Origin: a virus
Virus record (IMG/VR): IMGVR_UViG_3300045993_000417
Span: 1 to 64,000 of that record
Reading direction: 5' to 3' (one strand)
Length of the DNA: 64,000 nt
A program made the position numbers and the translations under genes. The notes beneath the pieces are model-generated. The model was not told the DNA's origin, made no database searches, and saw only the letters and a list, made by a program, of their open reading frames with translations. Shown piece by piece: positions 39,735 through 48,301 of the stretch (the first letter of the stretch is position 1; every line of letters starts with the position of its first letter).

Positions 39735-39830
39735 TGAGATCAGAGGGGCGGAGAGCCTTTAATTATCTCCGCCCGACATAGGTACTTTCTTCCAGTCTGG
39801 GTTTTTGTCGCTTACCCGAAAGCGGTTGAT
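39735..39830 (-). ncRNA. Candidate RT-associated structured RNA
   Basis: Hairpins GGGCGGAGA/TCTCCGCCC (39746-39774) and CGCTT/AAGCG (39809-39824). The second loop (GGGU) could pair with a downstream ACCC. Confidence 0.3.
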
Positions 39831-40949
39831 TCACGCAATCTGTACTTGCTGAGTTCCAACATTGTTAACGTCTTGAGAAACAAATTCTTCTACTCTTACG
39901 TCTTGACTATTGCGCACATTCGTTGTTCTACGCCCATAGATTTCTTTAAAACGACTCATAAAATGAGATCCAGCTTGTGGGTTAAGCTGGTTGAACCAGT
40001 TCAATCGCCCGTTCATGACACTTATGAATTCATCTTCGGTAATTTGATTTTTAGAAGCTTCCACTTCTATACCGTTAACTTCACAGTTGTGTATGATTGC
40101 TCTGAGTGTATTACGTTCAGTTTTTTGCAGATTGACCTTACTGTTCACAACGGCTCCACAGACATACTGCCGTTGATAATATTTCATTACTTTGGTCTTA
40201 TCCTGGTTAACCCTAAACCCGAATCTTTCCACAGTCTCTCTCAAGTATGAGATAAGAGAATGCACCGTATCACTTCCCGTGTTATCAACTAAGTTATCAG
40301 AAGATATAGTAATGTCATCAGCATAGATGGTTAATGTATAACCACGCTCATCACAGTAGTCCTTGATTAAAGGACCGAAAGTGTATGTTGTAATGATGTT
40401 ACTCAACTTAGGGCTCGTTAATGCCCCCTGTGGTACGAATGATTTGTACGTACACAGTTCTGATAATAGTCGTGCTGGCTTTTCGCCAAACCCGATATGC
40501 TTAAATATCTGGTCCAAGTGATACTGTTTGATACTTTGGAAATAGTCCTTTAAGTCAACGGAGACTATAACCTTCTTACCTACATGCTTCTGAGCCATCG
40601 TCGGGATGTTCTTACCTTTCTCAAATGCATACACGTAATCAGGAACCTGTATCTGTTCCAGAATCTCTTTAAGGATTCTGAATTGTACTAGCCGCATCGG
40701 CTGGTCGGGGTTGTACAGCGTCCGAAACTTCCCAGATGCCCCCTTCTTCCTTATGGATAGAATGGAGTAGTGATTCAACTTGTTCATTCCAACATAAGTC
40801 AGCCTGTTGGCAAACTTCATTTTCAACTTCGCTGCTAGTTGTTTGTTGGTCTGGATTGTGAATAGTGGGCTTGCCACTGGAAATAAGGACAACTGAGGAT
40901 ACACTGGATTTTGTGCACTCAGCTGTTGTTGTGATTGATTTAATTCCAT
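39831..40949 (-). CDS. Retron-type reverse transcriptase, 372 aa
   Basis: KK..GKFRTL.NP, YAFEKGKN, MAQKH (cf. NAxxH), VDLKDYFQSI, VPQGALTSP, YADDITIS, NQDKT, QYVCGAVV (cf. VTG). Confidence 0.92.
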   Translation of the reverse strand: MELNQSQQQLSAQNPVYPQLSLFPVASPLFTIQTNKQLAAKLKMKFANRLTYVGMNKLNHYSILSIRKKGASGKFRTLYNPDQPMRLVQFRILKEILEQIQVPDYVYAFEKGKNIPTMAQKHVGKKVIVSVDLKDYFQSIKQYHLDQIFKHIGFGEKPARLLSELCTYKSFVPQGALTSPKLSNIITTYTFGPLIKDYCDERGYTLTIYADDITISSDNLVDNTGSDTVHSLISYLRETVERFGFRVNQDKTKVMKYYQRQYVCGAVVNSKVNLQKTERNTLRAIIHNCEVNGIEVEASKNQITEDEFISVMNGRLNWFNQLNPQAGSHFMSRFKEIYGRRTTNVRNSQDVRVEEFVSQDVNNVGTQQVQIA

Positions 40950-41244
40950 TTTGTACCTTCTCCAATTCTCTAGATTTACGGATAACGCCCCTCATTAAAT
41001 CTGGGAGAGTTACCTTATAACATTTTTTTTCGATTACCACGATACCTTCTCGTAGTACTGGCGGGTGCTTATCAAACCTCATTATCAAGTCACCATCCTT
41101 ATAGGGGAGTAAAGTGACTCTGAAGTAGTTATACAAGTCACCCTGCTTCACGATGAAATAGTTATTTTTTCTAGTCATGGTTTCGGATACCGACGTAGGA
41201 GCTTTTATCTTTGCAACGAAGTCATCAGTTATTACTAAGGACAC
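40669..41244 (-). CDS. Hypothetical protein overlapping the RT 5' end by 281 nt
   Basis: A strong GGAGGT SD precedes the GTG at 41244. Confidence 0.6.
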   Translation of the reverse strand: MSLVITDDFVAKIKAPTSVSETMTRKNNYFIVKQGDLYNYFRVTLLPYKDGDLIMRFDKHPPVLREGIVVIEKKCYKVTLPDLMRGVIRKSRELEKVQNGIKSITTTAECTKSSVSSVVLISSGKPTIHNPDQQTTSSEVENEVCQQADLCWNEQVESLLHSIHKEEGGIWEVSDAVQPRPADAASTIQNP

Positions 41245-41273
41245 AACACCTCCCTGGTTAGTTACTAACCAAA

Positions 41274-41588
41274 TTAGCCTGGGGTAGGTTCCATGTCAGG
41301 AGCCCACGAGAACATCTTACCCTCAAACATGGTTAAATCCACTTCTGGATAAGAATACGTACTAAACACTTTACGTGATTCAGTAGAAGCATTAGCCACT
41401 TCAACCTCTTCAACTTGCTCAGCTTGAGCAGTGTTTGATACAGTGTTTGATACAGTGTTTGTTTCTGCCACTTTGTTAAGCACCTCTGCATAAGCCTTCT
41501 TGCATTCGATGACTATAACAACTACCGCTTTAACGAGTTGGACTAATGCTGAAAGCACGCCAACCGCTTTTACTAGGAATGGAATCAT
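41274..41588 (-). CDS. Hypothetical protein with an N-terminal hydrophobic helix
   Basis: AAGGT SD; first gene after the GGTATAA motif at 41669. Confidence 0.6.
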   Translation of the reverse strand: MIPFLVKAVGVLSALVQLVKAVVVIVIECKKAYAEVLNKVAETNTVSNTVSNTAQAEQVEEVEVANASTESRKVFSTYSYPEVDLTMFEGKMFSWAPDMEPTPG

Positions 41589-41708
41589 ATGATTTACCTT
41601 TTATAGAATGTGTATATTTTTAAAGGCTTCTATAAAGGAAGATGAAGTACTCACGTTACCTAAATTAGTTATACCAAAAAAAGAGGGAAAATTTAACTTT
41701 TTCAGCAT

Positions 41709-42244
41709 TCCGCACTTTCTACGCACTTCCTTCCGCACTTTTTATTTAAGCTTTTTCTTTATAATCAAACACTTAACCTTTTCTTCCGCACTTTATTTGG
41801 AATCTCCGCACTTTTTATTTAAGGTTAAGTATTTGATTTGATTAAAGAAAAGACCCTTTTTCCGCACTTCCGCACTTTTTTGGAGAAAAATACATAACAA
41901 TAGTATTTTATTAAATAATAAAAAATATGGGTTAAAACCTTGTAAATGCCTATATTTATATATCTGGTTTTTTAAAAAGTAGGTATATATAAGGGATATG
42001 TTTAAAACACCCACACCTTTTATTGATTTTCTAGGGTTTTTAAATAATACTATTGTTATATGTTTTTCTCCAAAAAAGTGCGGAAGTGCGGAAAAAGGCT
42101 CTTTTCCTGTTTGTATTCAAATACTTAAGTAAAAATAAAAAGTGCGGAGAATTCAAATAAAGTGCGGAAGAAAAGGTTAAGTGTTTGATTATAAAGAAAA
42201 AGCTTAAATAAAAAGTGCGGAAGGAAGTGCGTAGAAAGTGCGGA
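41709..42244. repeat. Long inverted repeat (arms 41709-41907 and 42046-42244) with 7+7 CGCACTT copies, IHF consensus sites and an AT-rich 138-bp spacer; candidate replication origin or packaging site
   Basis: The outer 91 bp are perfectly inverted. WATCAAN4TTR matches at 41763-41775, 41826-41838 and 42178-42190. Confidence 0.9.
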
Positions 42245-42448
42245 GAATATTTATATGGCAAGTGCCTTGCGTGGGGATCTAGAGTAATACGTGTAAGTGT
42301 TCTTTAAAATGATCCTAACCACGTTTAAAACGTTTTTGAGGCCTTGGCCACATCCTTATCTCACTTTATAAAATGAGAGGCTTAAAACGCGTTTAAATCA
42401 GTCTTGAACATGGTTGAGTTTTTATATGGGAGATGGTATGATTCGTGA

Positions 42449-43015
42449 ATGTCAATATTATCCGAAATACCTCTCGAAGAGCTTGAAGCTATTATCGAGG
42501 AGAATCCTAAGCTACGTGGTATTATCCAAGGATATATCGCTGAGTATAAACTTATAGATAAGCTTCGTCTGACTCAGGGAGTAACTGAGGTCAGTAAGAT
42601 ACCAGATCATCAAGGGGTAAAAAAAGACATACAAATTAAGTACTTAGATACAGACATAACTATAGAATGTAAATCTATACTATCGGCTACGGTTAAAGTA
42701 GATACCATACATGGGACTTGGCAAGGGACTGTTCAGTGTAAGAACTCTGACTCAATCCATGCCGTAGTAAATGGTGAAGCCATTAAACATACTAACTTGA
42801 CTAGGGGTGGATTTGATATAATGTCTATATCAACTTACGCCGTGGATGGTTTATGGAATGCAGTATACATAGAGAATAGGTACATGCCTCAGGCAACCCC
42901 CGATAGGTTTGATCTCATGAAGACGAGCTTCATAGTCAATCCCTTACTCACACCTTGTGTAGAAACAGATTTAGAGAAGATACTTAAATCCACTCGGGAC
43001 CTTAAGTTAAAATAG
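42449..43015 (+). CDS. PD-(D/E)xK restriction-endonuclease-like nuclease
   Basis: GYIAE...KKDIQI...IECKS active-site pattern; TATGAT-N6-ATG upstream. Confidence 0.65.
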   Translation: MSILSEIPLEELEAIIEENPKLRGIIQGYIAEYKLIDKLRLTQGVTEVSKIPDHQGVKKDIQIKYLDTDITIECKSILSATVKVDTIHGTWQGTVQCKNSDSIHAVVNGEAIKHTNLTRGGFDIMSISTYAVDGLWNAVYIENRYMPQATPDRFDLMKTSFIVNPLLTPCVETDLEKILKSTRDLKLK

Positions 43016-43019
43016 GCCT

Positions 43020-43796
43020 ATGAAAGACGAACTAGTTATCCAAAGCCTTGTTGAGCTATATAAAGAACGTGGAATAGACTTACATCTATTGCTAGATGAT
43101 CCTATGTTTACTCACCTACCACTGGAGAGTAAGGTTAACTCTATTAAGCAGTATGCATCCCACATCGCTTCCCCTACTTCCCGCACTTTAACTCGAGCTG
43201 ACGTTAAGAGCGTTTTGACTAATTCCCTTGCTGGTGCAGGGTTGGCCGGAGGGTCTGTGCTTATGCGTAGATACCTGACTAATAAAGCTAACGGAGTAGA
43301 CTTACCTATCTCAATTAGAGGTATGGCTATAGCTGCTGGGTTGGGCGCTGCTGGTGGAGCCATAAAGACTATATTTGATAGGTCTAAATCCATTGCGCAG
43401 AGAAATGATATGAATAAAGCCTTTAATGGCTTGGTTCAGTCTGGAGAAGATAAGGATGCTATTAAGATTATGGCACTTCGTAATCTTCAGAACGTTAAGA
43501 GTGGACCTCCTGGCATAGTAGGGGCATTCCTAGGTAATACAGTTGATAGCGTACTACCTATGGCTATTGATAGGGGTAATGCTTACAACAACGCATACGT
43601 AGCTATGAATACCGCTAATGAATACGGGGCTGCTAGTGATCGCTGGGAAGCTAGCCAAACTGTTGAAGAGATGAAAGCCAGACGTACGGCAATGGATGAA
43701 GCAGACCGTAGGAGTCAACTAGCTATTGCTGTTAGTGGACAAGATCACAACCGCTTCCTGGGTAAAATACAAGAAAACTTTAAAGGACTACTATAA
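43020..43796 (+). CDS. Putative virion protein with two glycine-zipper helices
   Basis: LAGAGLAGG and AAGLGAAGG; TAAAAT-N6-ATG upstream. Confidence 0.65.
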   Translation: MKDELVIQSLVELYKERGIDLHLLLDDPMFTHLPLESKVNSIKQYASHIASPTSRTLTRADVKSVLTNSLAGAGLAGGSVLMRRYLTNKANGVDLPISIRGMAIAAGLGAAGGAIKTIFDRSKSIAQRNDMNKAFNGLVQSGEDKDAIKIMALRNLQNVKSGPPGIVGAFLGNTVDSVLPMAIDRGNAYNNAYVAMNTANEYGAASDRWEASQTVEEMKARRTAMDEADRRSQLAIAVSGQDHNRFLGKIQENFKGLL

Positions 43797-44683
43797 TGAC
43801 GATGTTGGCTTACTACATAAAACCCGTTCTAGAACTGGTTCCAGAAATTTCCCCTATGATCAAGTCTGCTTCTGTAGACAAAGAATATCCTACTGACAAT
43901 AAGTCGTCAGTACTAGCCTCCGCAATGGCTATAGAGTACATGATTAAGATTGCCCGTAAAACACCAGACTACACTGAGATGGAAAAGGTTGCTAAGGCTG
44001 TTGATGCATATAGTCTCAAGACTCAGATCGGTTCTCTAAGTGAAGTCATGATTAAACGTGCTAGTAGGGTTGCTGAAGAATCTGAGAAGAATTCTACAGA
44101 ATCATACATGCTTAAAGAAGCATCCTTCAAAGGATCCATCTCAGGATTTTCAGATATAGCAACTACTGCTGCTACGGCTAAAGGCCTTTACAAACAGGCT
44201 TCTGAAAAAGGTGTTACCCCTTCTATTGAAATCTCCATGTATGCAGGTAAGCTTCCTTTGGATAAAACTGCTGCCCTTAAGTCCTTATCTGTTAGACACT
44301 CTCTAACTAAAGAGGCTGAGTACATTAAACTGGCTAAGGCTCTGGGTTCAGCATCAGAGGTTAGTGAAGCCACTGCCTCATTTCTGGCTGAGATAGTTAC
44401 CGGCTTGGATAAGAAGGCTGGTCTTACTTTCAAAGGTTTCAATTTCTATCGTGAGGCTTTCCATACTAAGGAGGCTGCAGCCAGTGTTCTGAACATTAAG
44501 CTGGCTGGACAAGACGTACCATACGAAAAGTTGGCACGTGTTGGAAAGGCTAACATTGCTTCCTATATCGGTAAAGACGTAGCTGCTGAGTTTGATCGTG
44601 GCCCTGCCAACTTCAAACAAGTAGCAGAAACTTTACCCTTGGACTTACAGAAAGTCCTTATCTCTTTGACTAAGAACGTTTAA
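43796..44683 (+). CDS. Putative head protein rich in K-x-A sites
   Basis: KSA, KIA, KVA, KRA, KEA, KQA, KTA, KLA. Confidence 0.65.
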   Translation: MTMLAYYIKPVLELVPEISPMIKSASVDKEYPTDNKSSVLASAMAIEYMIKIARKTPDYTEMEKVAKAVDAYSLKTQIGSLSEVMIKRASRVAEESEKNSTESYMLKEASFKGSISGFSDIATTAATAKGLYKQASEKGVTPSIEISMYAGKLPLDKTAALKSLSVRHSLTKEAEYIKLAKALGSASEVSEATASFLAEIVTGLDKKAGLTFKGFNFYREAFHTKEAAASVLNIKLAGQDVPYEKLARVGKANIASYIGKDVAAEFDRGPANFKQVAETLPLDLQKVLISLTKNV

Positions 44684-44685
44684 TA

Positions 44686-45216
44686 ATGTCGAACGGAGAT
44701 ACTCCAGGATTTCGTGGCATCTACACTTTGAAGTGTAAGATGGATTCCGTCTTAGGTAAAGACGCCTGGATTGATTATGAGGTAGAGACTATATTGAGTG
44801 AGTTAACCTTACCTTTCTATTCTCAATCTCTAGAAGACAAGGTTTATTTACTAAAGACATTAGGTGCTGCTCCTGAATTATTCCATGAGGATTTCTGGTT
44901 CACCATGATAGCTACCGACGTTATAAATGGTAATATGGCTGACTTCAGTCAAGTGCCACATATAACCTCATTAGAGTTGGCATACGCTATAACTCAGATA
45001 CAGCTGTCATTAAGTACTTCAGACGTAGTATCTAAATACAACGACGGATTCATTGAAGGGGTGGCTTACATACTTCGTAATGAAGGTTACTCTGAACCAG
45101 TAGCGCCTTTTGGTTTTGTTCCTAAAGACATGCTTTACCCAGGCCAAACTAAAGAGGATTCTGAAGACAAGGCTAAGGCTATACAACTTTACATCAAAGG
45201 TATGAGCAATGATTAA
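44686..45216 (+). CDS. Hypothetical protein
   Basis: ORF within the operon. Confidence 0.65.
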   Translation: MSNGDTPGFRGIYTLKCKMDSVLGKDAWIDYEVETILSELTLPFYSQSLEDKVYLLKTLGAAPELFHEDFWFTMIATDVINGNMADFSQVPHITSLELAYAITQIQLSLSTSDVVSKYNDGFIEGVAYILRNEGYSEPVAPFGFVPKDMLYPGQTKEDSEDKAKAIQLYIKGMSND

Positions 45217-45649
45217 CATTACTACTTTCGTAGGACAAGCTGCTGGTATTCCAATATTAGCTACTACCGGTCTAACTACTTTTCCATCCCTACAGCTACT
45301 AACTGACTACAATACGTTGACTGCTAACACCGTCAAGTCCCTAGGCACTACAGGGCTGACTACTCCAGTGGAGATCTCAGTAGGAGCCGGGGTTTACAAT
45401 ACTACCTTCACTGCACCAACTACAGGCAACTACTACGTAGTGTACGGCGGAGTCGTTATCGCCCATGTACAGGTGGAGGCTTACGATAAGTTCGCTCTTC
45501 TTAAGAATATTGAGGATGAGGCTTTAGGTAGCTGGTCTTGGAATAAGCTTACCGGTGTACTAACCGTCCTTAGACAGAACGCAACTACCCTAGCTACATA
45601 CAACGTTGTTGATACGGTGACGGCTTCTAGTAGAGAACGTACGGCTTAG
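45209..45649 (+). CDS. Hypothetical virion protein
   Basis: Thr-rich beta-type sequence. Confidence 0.6.
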   Translation: MINITTFVGQAAGIPILATTGLTTFPSLQLLTDYNTLTANTVKSLGTTGLTTPVEISVGAGVYNTTFTAPTTGNYYVVYGGVVIAHVQVEAYDKFALLKNIEDEALGSWSWNKLTGVLTVLRQNATTLATYNVVDTVTASSRERTA

Positions 45650-45668
45650 ACTTAAGTCTGATTGAGCT

Positions 45669-45698
45669 AAAAAAGAGCCCTGGAATACGGGCTCTTTT
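45669..45698. terminator. Bidirectional terminator
   Basis: AAAAGAGCCC/GGGCTCTTTT between convergent genes. Confidence 0.85.
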
Positions 45699-45706
45699 CT
45701 TTGGAG

Positions 45707-47044
45707 CTACCAGTCAATAGCTGGCACTGGTTCTACTACATTGTTTTGAAGAGTATGCATCGGTGCTGGTTGTACTTCATCTACTCTTAGTAACGCTGGT
45801 GCTATAGCAGGGCTAAGGTCATTAACCTCAGCCACTAGAACAACACCCTCATTGTTTTGATAATCCCTACTGACAACTTGTAACGGTGGAGCATCTTCGA
45901 CGATCTTTTTAGATCGCTTAGACGGGCTTTTGACCCCTACCACTGCAGTCTCTACGACTTCAGCGGCCACCACTTTGATTTTGTCAGTAATAGGAAGTGC
46001 ATCAGCCAATTCCTTAGCCTTAGCTTTCTCAGCAGCGGCCTTAGCCGCTTTCTCAGCCTTAATACGAATCACTTCTTCCTTCTGAACAATACCACTCGCC
46101 ATAGTCATAACCAGGTCGGTCTGACTATGATCAAAACCACGCGTGCTATTACCAGTTAACTCCTTAAAGTTATCATGTGCTTTAACCTTCTGGACGCTGG
46201 CTGTTACGGACAGGAAATGAGACATCGTATTGAACGTAGTGGAAGATCCTCCGGCCATGTCCACGAACACCTTATTGAAGTTCATAGGTTTACGGTAGTA
46301 ATAGTTCTGAACTACAGCAATTATGTTCGTAGCAACCAGAGCGTTGATAGCCAAGGTTTGATCAAGATCAGCACAACTACCTAGTCCTGGGTTATCCGCC
46401 AAGCTCAGGTAGTGATTAACATCCATTGGGATGAATGTAATGTCGTCTACGTGAGTGATCAGCTTAGGTAACTTTGCTACCAACGAGCTGTCCCACTCAT
46501 TAGGGTGTATGGCTACAGCTGGATTAAAGAAGTTGACTTGTCCAAAGTTGTCCTCATTACCTGAATCAATGATGAACACGTTTTCCTGCTGTTGGCCATG
46601 ACCTATGATTTCAAGGGCATTGGATAGGATCTTTCTCCTAGCTACTACAGAGTCAACACACATGATAATCATGACTGGTTCATTTACCAGGTTAACGTTC
46701 AATTCTCTTTTGAAGAACTGATAGATATCTGCGGGACCTTCAATGGCAGTAATCATTGGGGTAATGGACAGGCCGTACGCTTTGCTATAGCGTTCAGCCA
46801 ATACCACAGCCTTATTCTTACTGATGTCCTGACGAATGAAATTCTGGCGAGCCAGGTTCTTTTCTTCAATTATGTCGAAGTCACATAGAACGATGTTAGG
46901 AGTACCTAACCATCCACGTGGGGAATACTCACGAGTGATTGATCTCATGAACTGTGCCAACAGGGGAACTAGCCTTGAGCCAGTTCCACCGCAGCCTACT
47001 ACGATGATGTTATGCGGGATTGATGATGGGATGAAATTAAACAA
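45707..47044 (-). CDS. E1-like ThiF-family ubiquitin-like activating enzyme (PRTRC ThiF-like)
   Basis: VVGCGGTGS, DFDIIEEKNLARQNF, CVDS..AR, DSGN, and GSCA with the candidate catalytic Cys. Confidence 0.9.
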   Translation of the reverse strand: MFNFIPSSIPHNIIVVGCGGTGSRLVPLLAQFMRSITREYSPRGWLGTPNIVLCDFDIIEEKNLARQNFIRQDISKNKAVVLAERYSKAYGLSITPMITAIEGPADIYQFFKRELNVNLVNEPVMIIMCVDSVVARRKILSNALEIIGHGQQQENVFIIDSGNEDNFGQVNFFNPAVAIHPNEWDSSLVAKLPKLITHVDDITFIPMDVNHYLSLADNPGLGSCADLDQTLAINALVATNIIAVVQNYYYRKPMNFNKVFVDMAGGSSTTFNTMSHFLSVTASVQKVKAHDNFKELTGNSTRGFDHSQTDLVMTMASGIVQKEEVIRIKAEKAAKAAAEKAKAKELADALPITDKIKVVAAEVVETAVVGVKSPSKRSKKIVEDAPPLQVVSRDYQNNEGVVLVAEVNDLSPAIAPALLRVDEVQPAPMHTLQNNVVEPVPAIDW

Positions 47045-47092
47045 GTGCCTCTCCTTTTTAATTGATAGGAGGGGCGTTTAACCCCTCCACAT

Positions 47093-47959
47093 TCACATGC
47101 CGTTTTCTGCTACTTTCTGTTGATACTTGAGAGGTAGAGATCCAAACAAGTCCTTAATCATATCTAACTGCTTTTCGTCTTCCATCAACTGGAATAGATC
47201 ACTGATAGCTTCTGACAAGAGCTCATTCTTACCTACTAAAGGGGCCATACAATCGTTAAGCAACGTGAAGGCGTTAGCCACCTCGCTACCGTATTGTATA
47301 GCCAGGTATGAGTATTGGTCGCTATCTACGTTACCAATGTCACTACCATGGAACCTACCTACAGGATCCCCCTCTTCTACCTCTCCGTAGTTGTTAAAGC
47401 CGTCTACGTTGTCACCCTCTAATTGAGTCCTTGAGTGCCCGTTTGTTTGCTCGTTTATCTCGTTTCGAGAGCCAGCGGGACCCAGAGGGAGCTTCCCCTG
47501 AGCCCCCGATGGAAAACCCGCTGGGAGCCCTCCTTCGTAACCTTCGTACATCTCGTCTGCTGATGAGTTGAGAGCACGATTTGGGAGAGAGCGCAAACCA
47601 GGTCCTGCACGTTCACCAGAAGGTGTATGAGCATTTGGACGAGGACGACCATACTGATACTGCTCAAGATGATCCCACTTACGGCCACCTTGGTGTGTAC
47701 CGTGCTTACCACCGTATGAGCCATAGGTAGTTACATTGACGTTATTCAACCACTCTTCAGGTACGTCTACCACACGGTCTGCTGGTGTGTGGAAGATATC
47801 TTGGAGTTTCACTTCATACTTCTGTTTGTAGTAGTTGAAGCGGATCTTTACTTCTGGTTCTTTGTCTTTGAGTTTTCCTACAACACCTGAAAAACCGATG
47901 GCGTTAAGGTCATCTCGATCATCCGTGCCTGAAAAGAAACTCCCCATTGTGTTATGTGA
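47093..47959 (-). CDS. JAB/MPN+ metallo-isopeptidase, exon 2 (PRTRC protein A-like)
   Basis: SHNTMGSFFSGTDDRDD completes the H-S-H...S..D motif when joined to exon 1. Confidence 0.85.
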   Translation of the reverse strand, partial: SHNTMGSFFSGTDDRDDLNAIGFSGVVGKLKDKEPEVKIRFNYYKQKYEVKLQDIFHTPADRVVDVPEEWLNNVNVTTYGSYGGKHGTHQGGRKWDHLEQYQYGRPRPNAHTPSGERAGPGLRSLPNRALNSSADEMYEGYEGGLPAGFPSGAQGKLPLGPAGSRNEINEQTNGHSRTQLEGDNVDGFNNYGEVEEGDPVGRFHGSDIGNVDSDQYSYLAIQYGSEVANAFTLLNDCMAPLVGKNELLSEAISDLFQLMEDEKQLDMIKDLFGSLPLKYQQKVAENGM

Positions 47960-48301
47960 CATAACGTGTTATGGTTTTCTTTTTAATTACAAAACCCTTG
48001 AAATACTAACTTAAACGTAAATACGATAAGTTTTTACCGATAGTAAATCAAGATCAGACTATATCATCATCTTCAGAAGTATTGCCTGAAGAGTTGGGCG
48101 CTCGTGTTCCTATTATTGCATAGACTGCTCAAGGATTAGTCGTTACACTTTCTTGCTACTTCAATGTCTTTTCGCAAGCTTAGCACGGGATTATGTGTAT
48201 TGGACACGTTTTCCCCGTTAGCAGGATTTCTCCTACACCTCAGTTGTCTGAGTTCACCCAATTTATTCACTACAGATCGCTCCGTAGGTCCACTCACTTT
48301 A
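47960..48301 (-). mobile_element. Group I intron (342 nt, no homing ORF)
   Basis: The 5' exon ends in U; the intron begins UAA and ends in G. P1 UCCAU/GUGGA; P10 GUGA/UCAC; P3 UUGGGUG/CGCCCAA; Q AAUCCCGUGC; R GUAACGACUA; S GAUAUAGUC. Confidence 0.92.

Noticed and set aside
39831-40949. RT as a DGR or group II intron enzyme
   Set aside because: It has PQGALTSP rather than the DGR-type GNLTSQ. I saw no TR/VR pair, no maturase domain and no intron domain V.
41429-41461. 12-bp tandem repeat CAGTGTTTGATA (about 2.75 copies)
   Set aside because: An in-frame coding duplication (NTVS repeats) with no sign of an independent function.
41709-42244. CRISPR or regularly spaced repeat array next to the RT
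   Set aside because: The repeats are 7-8 bp, irregularly spaced and mirrored, with no constant repeat-spacer period and no cas genes.
41608-42261. ORFs 41608..41841, 41793..42014 and 42040..42261 (two share near-identical peptides)
   Set aside because: They are by-products of the inverted repeat: F/L/K-rich low complexity with no SD.
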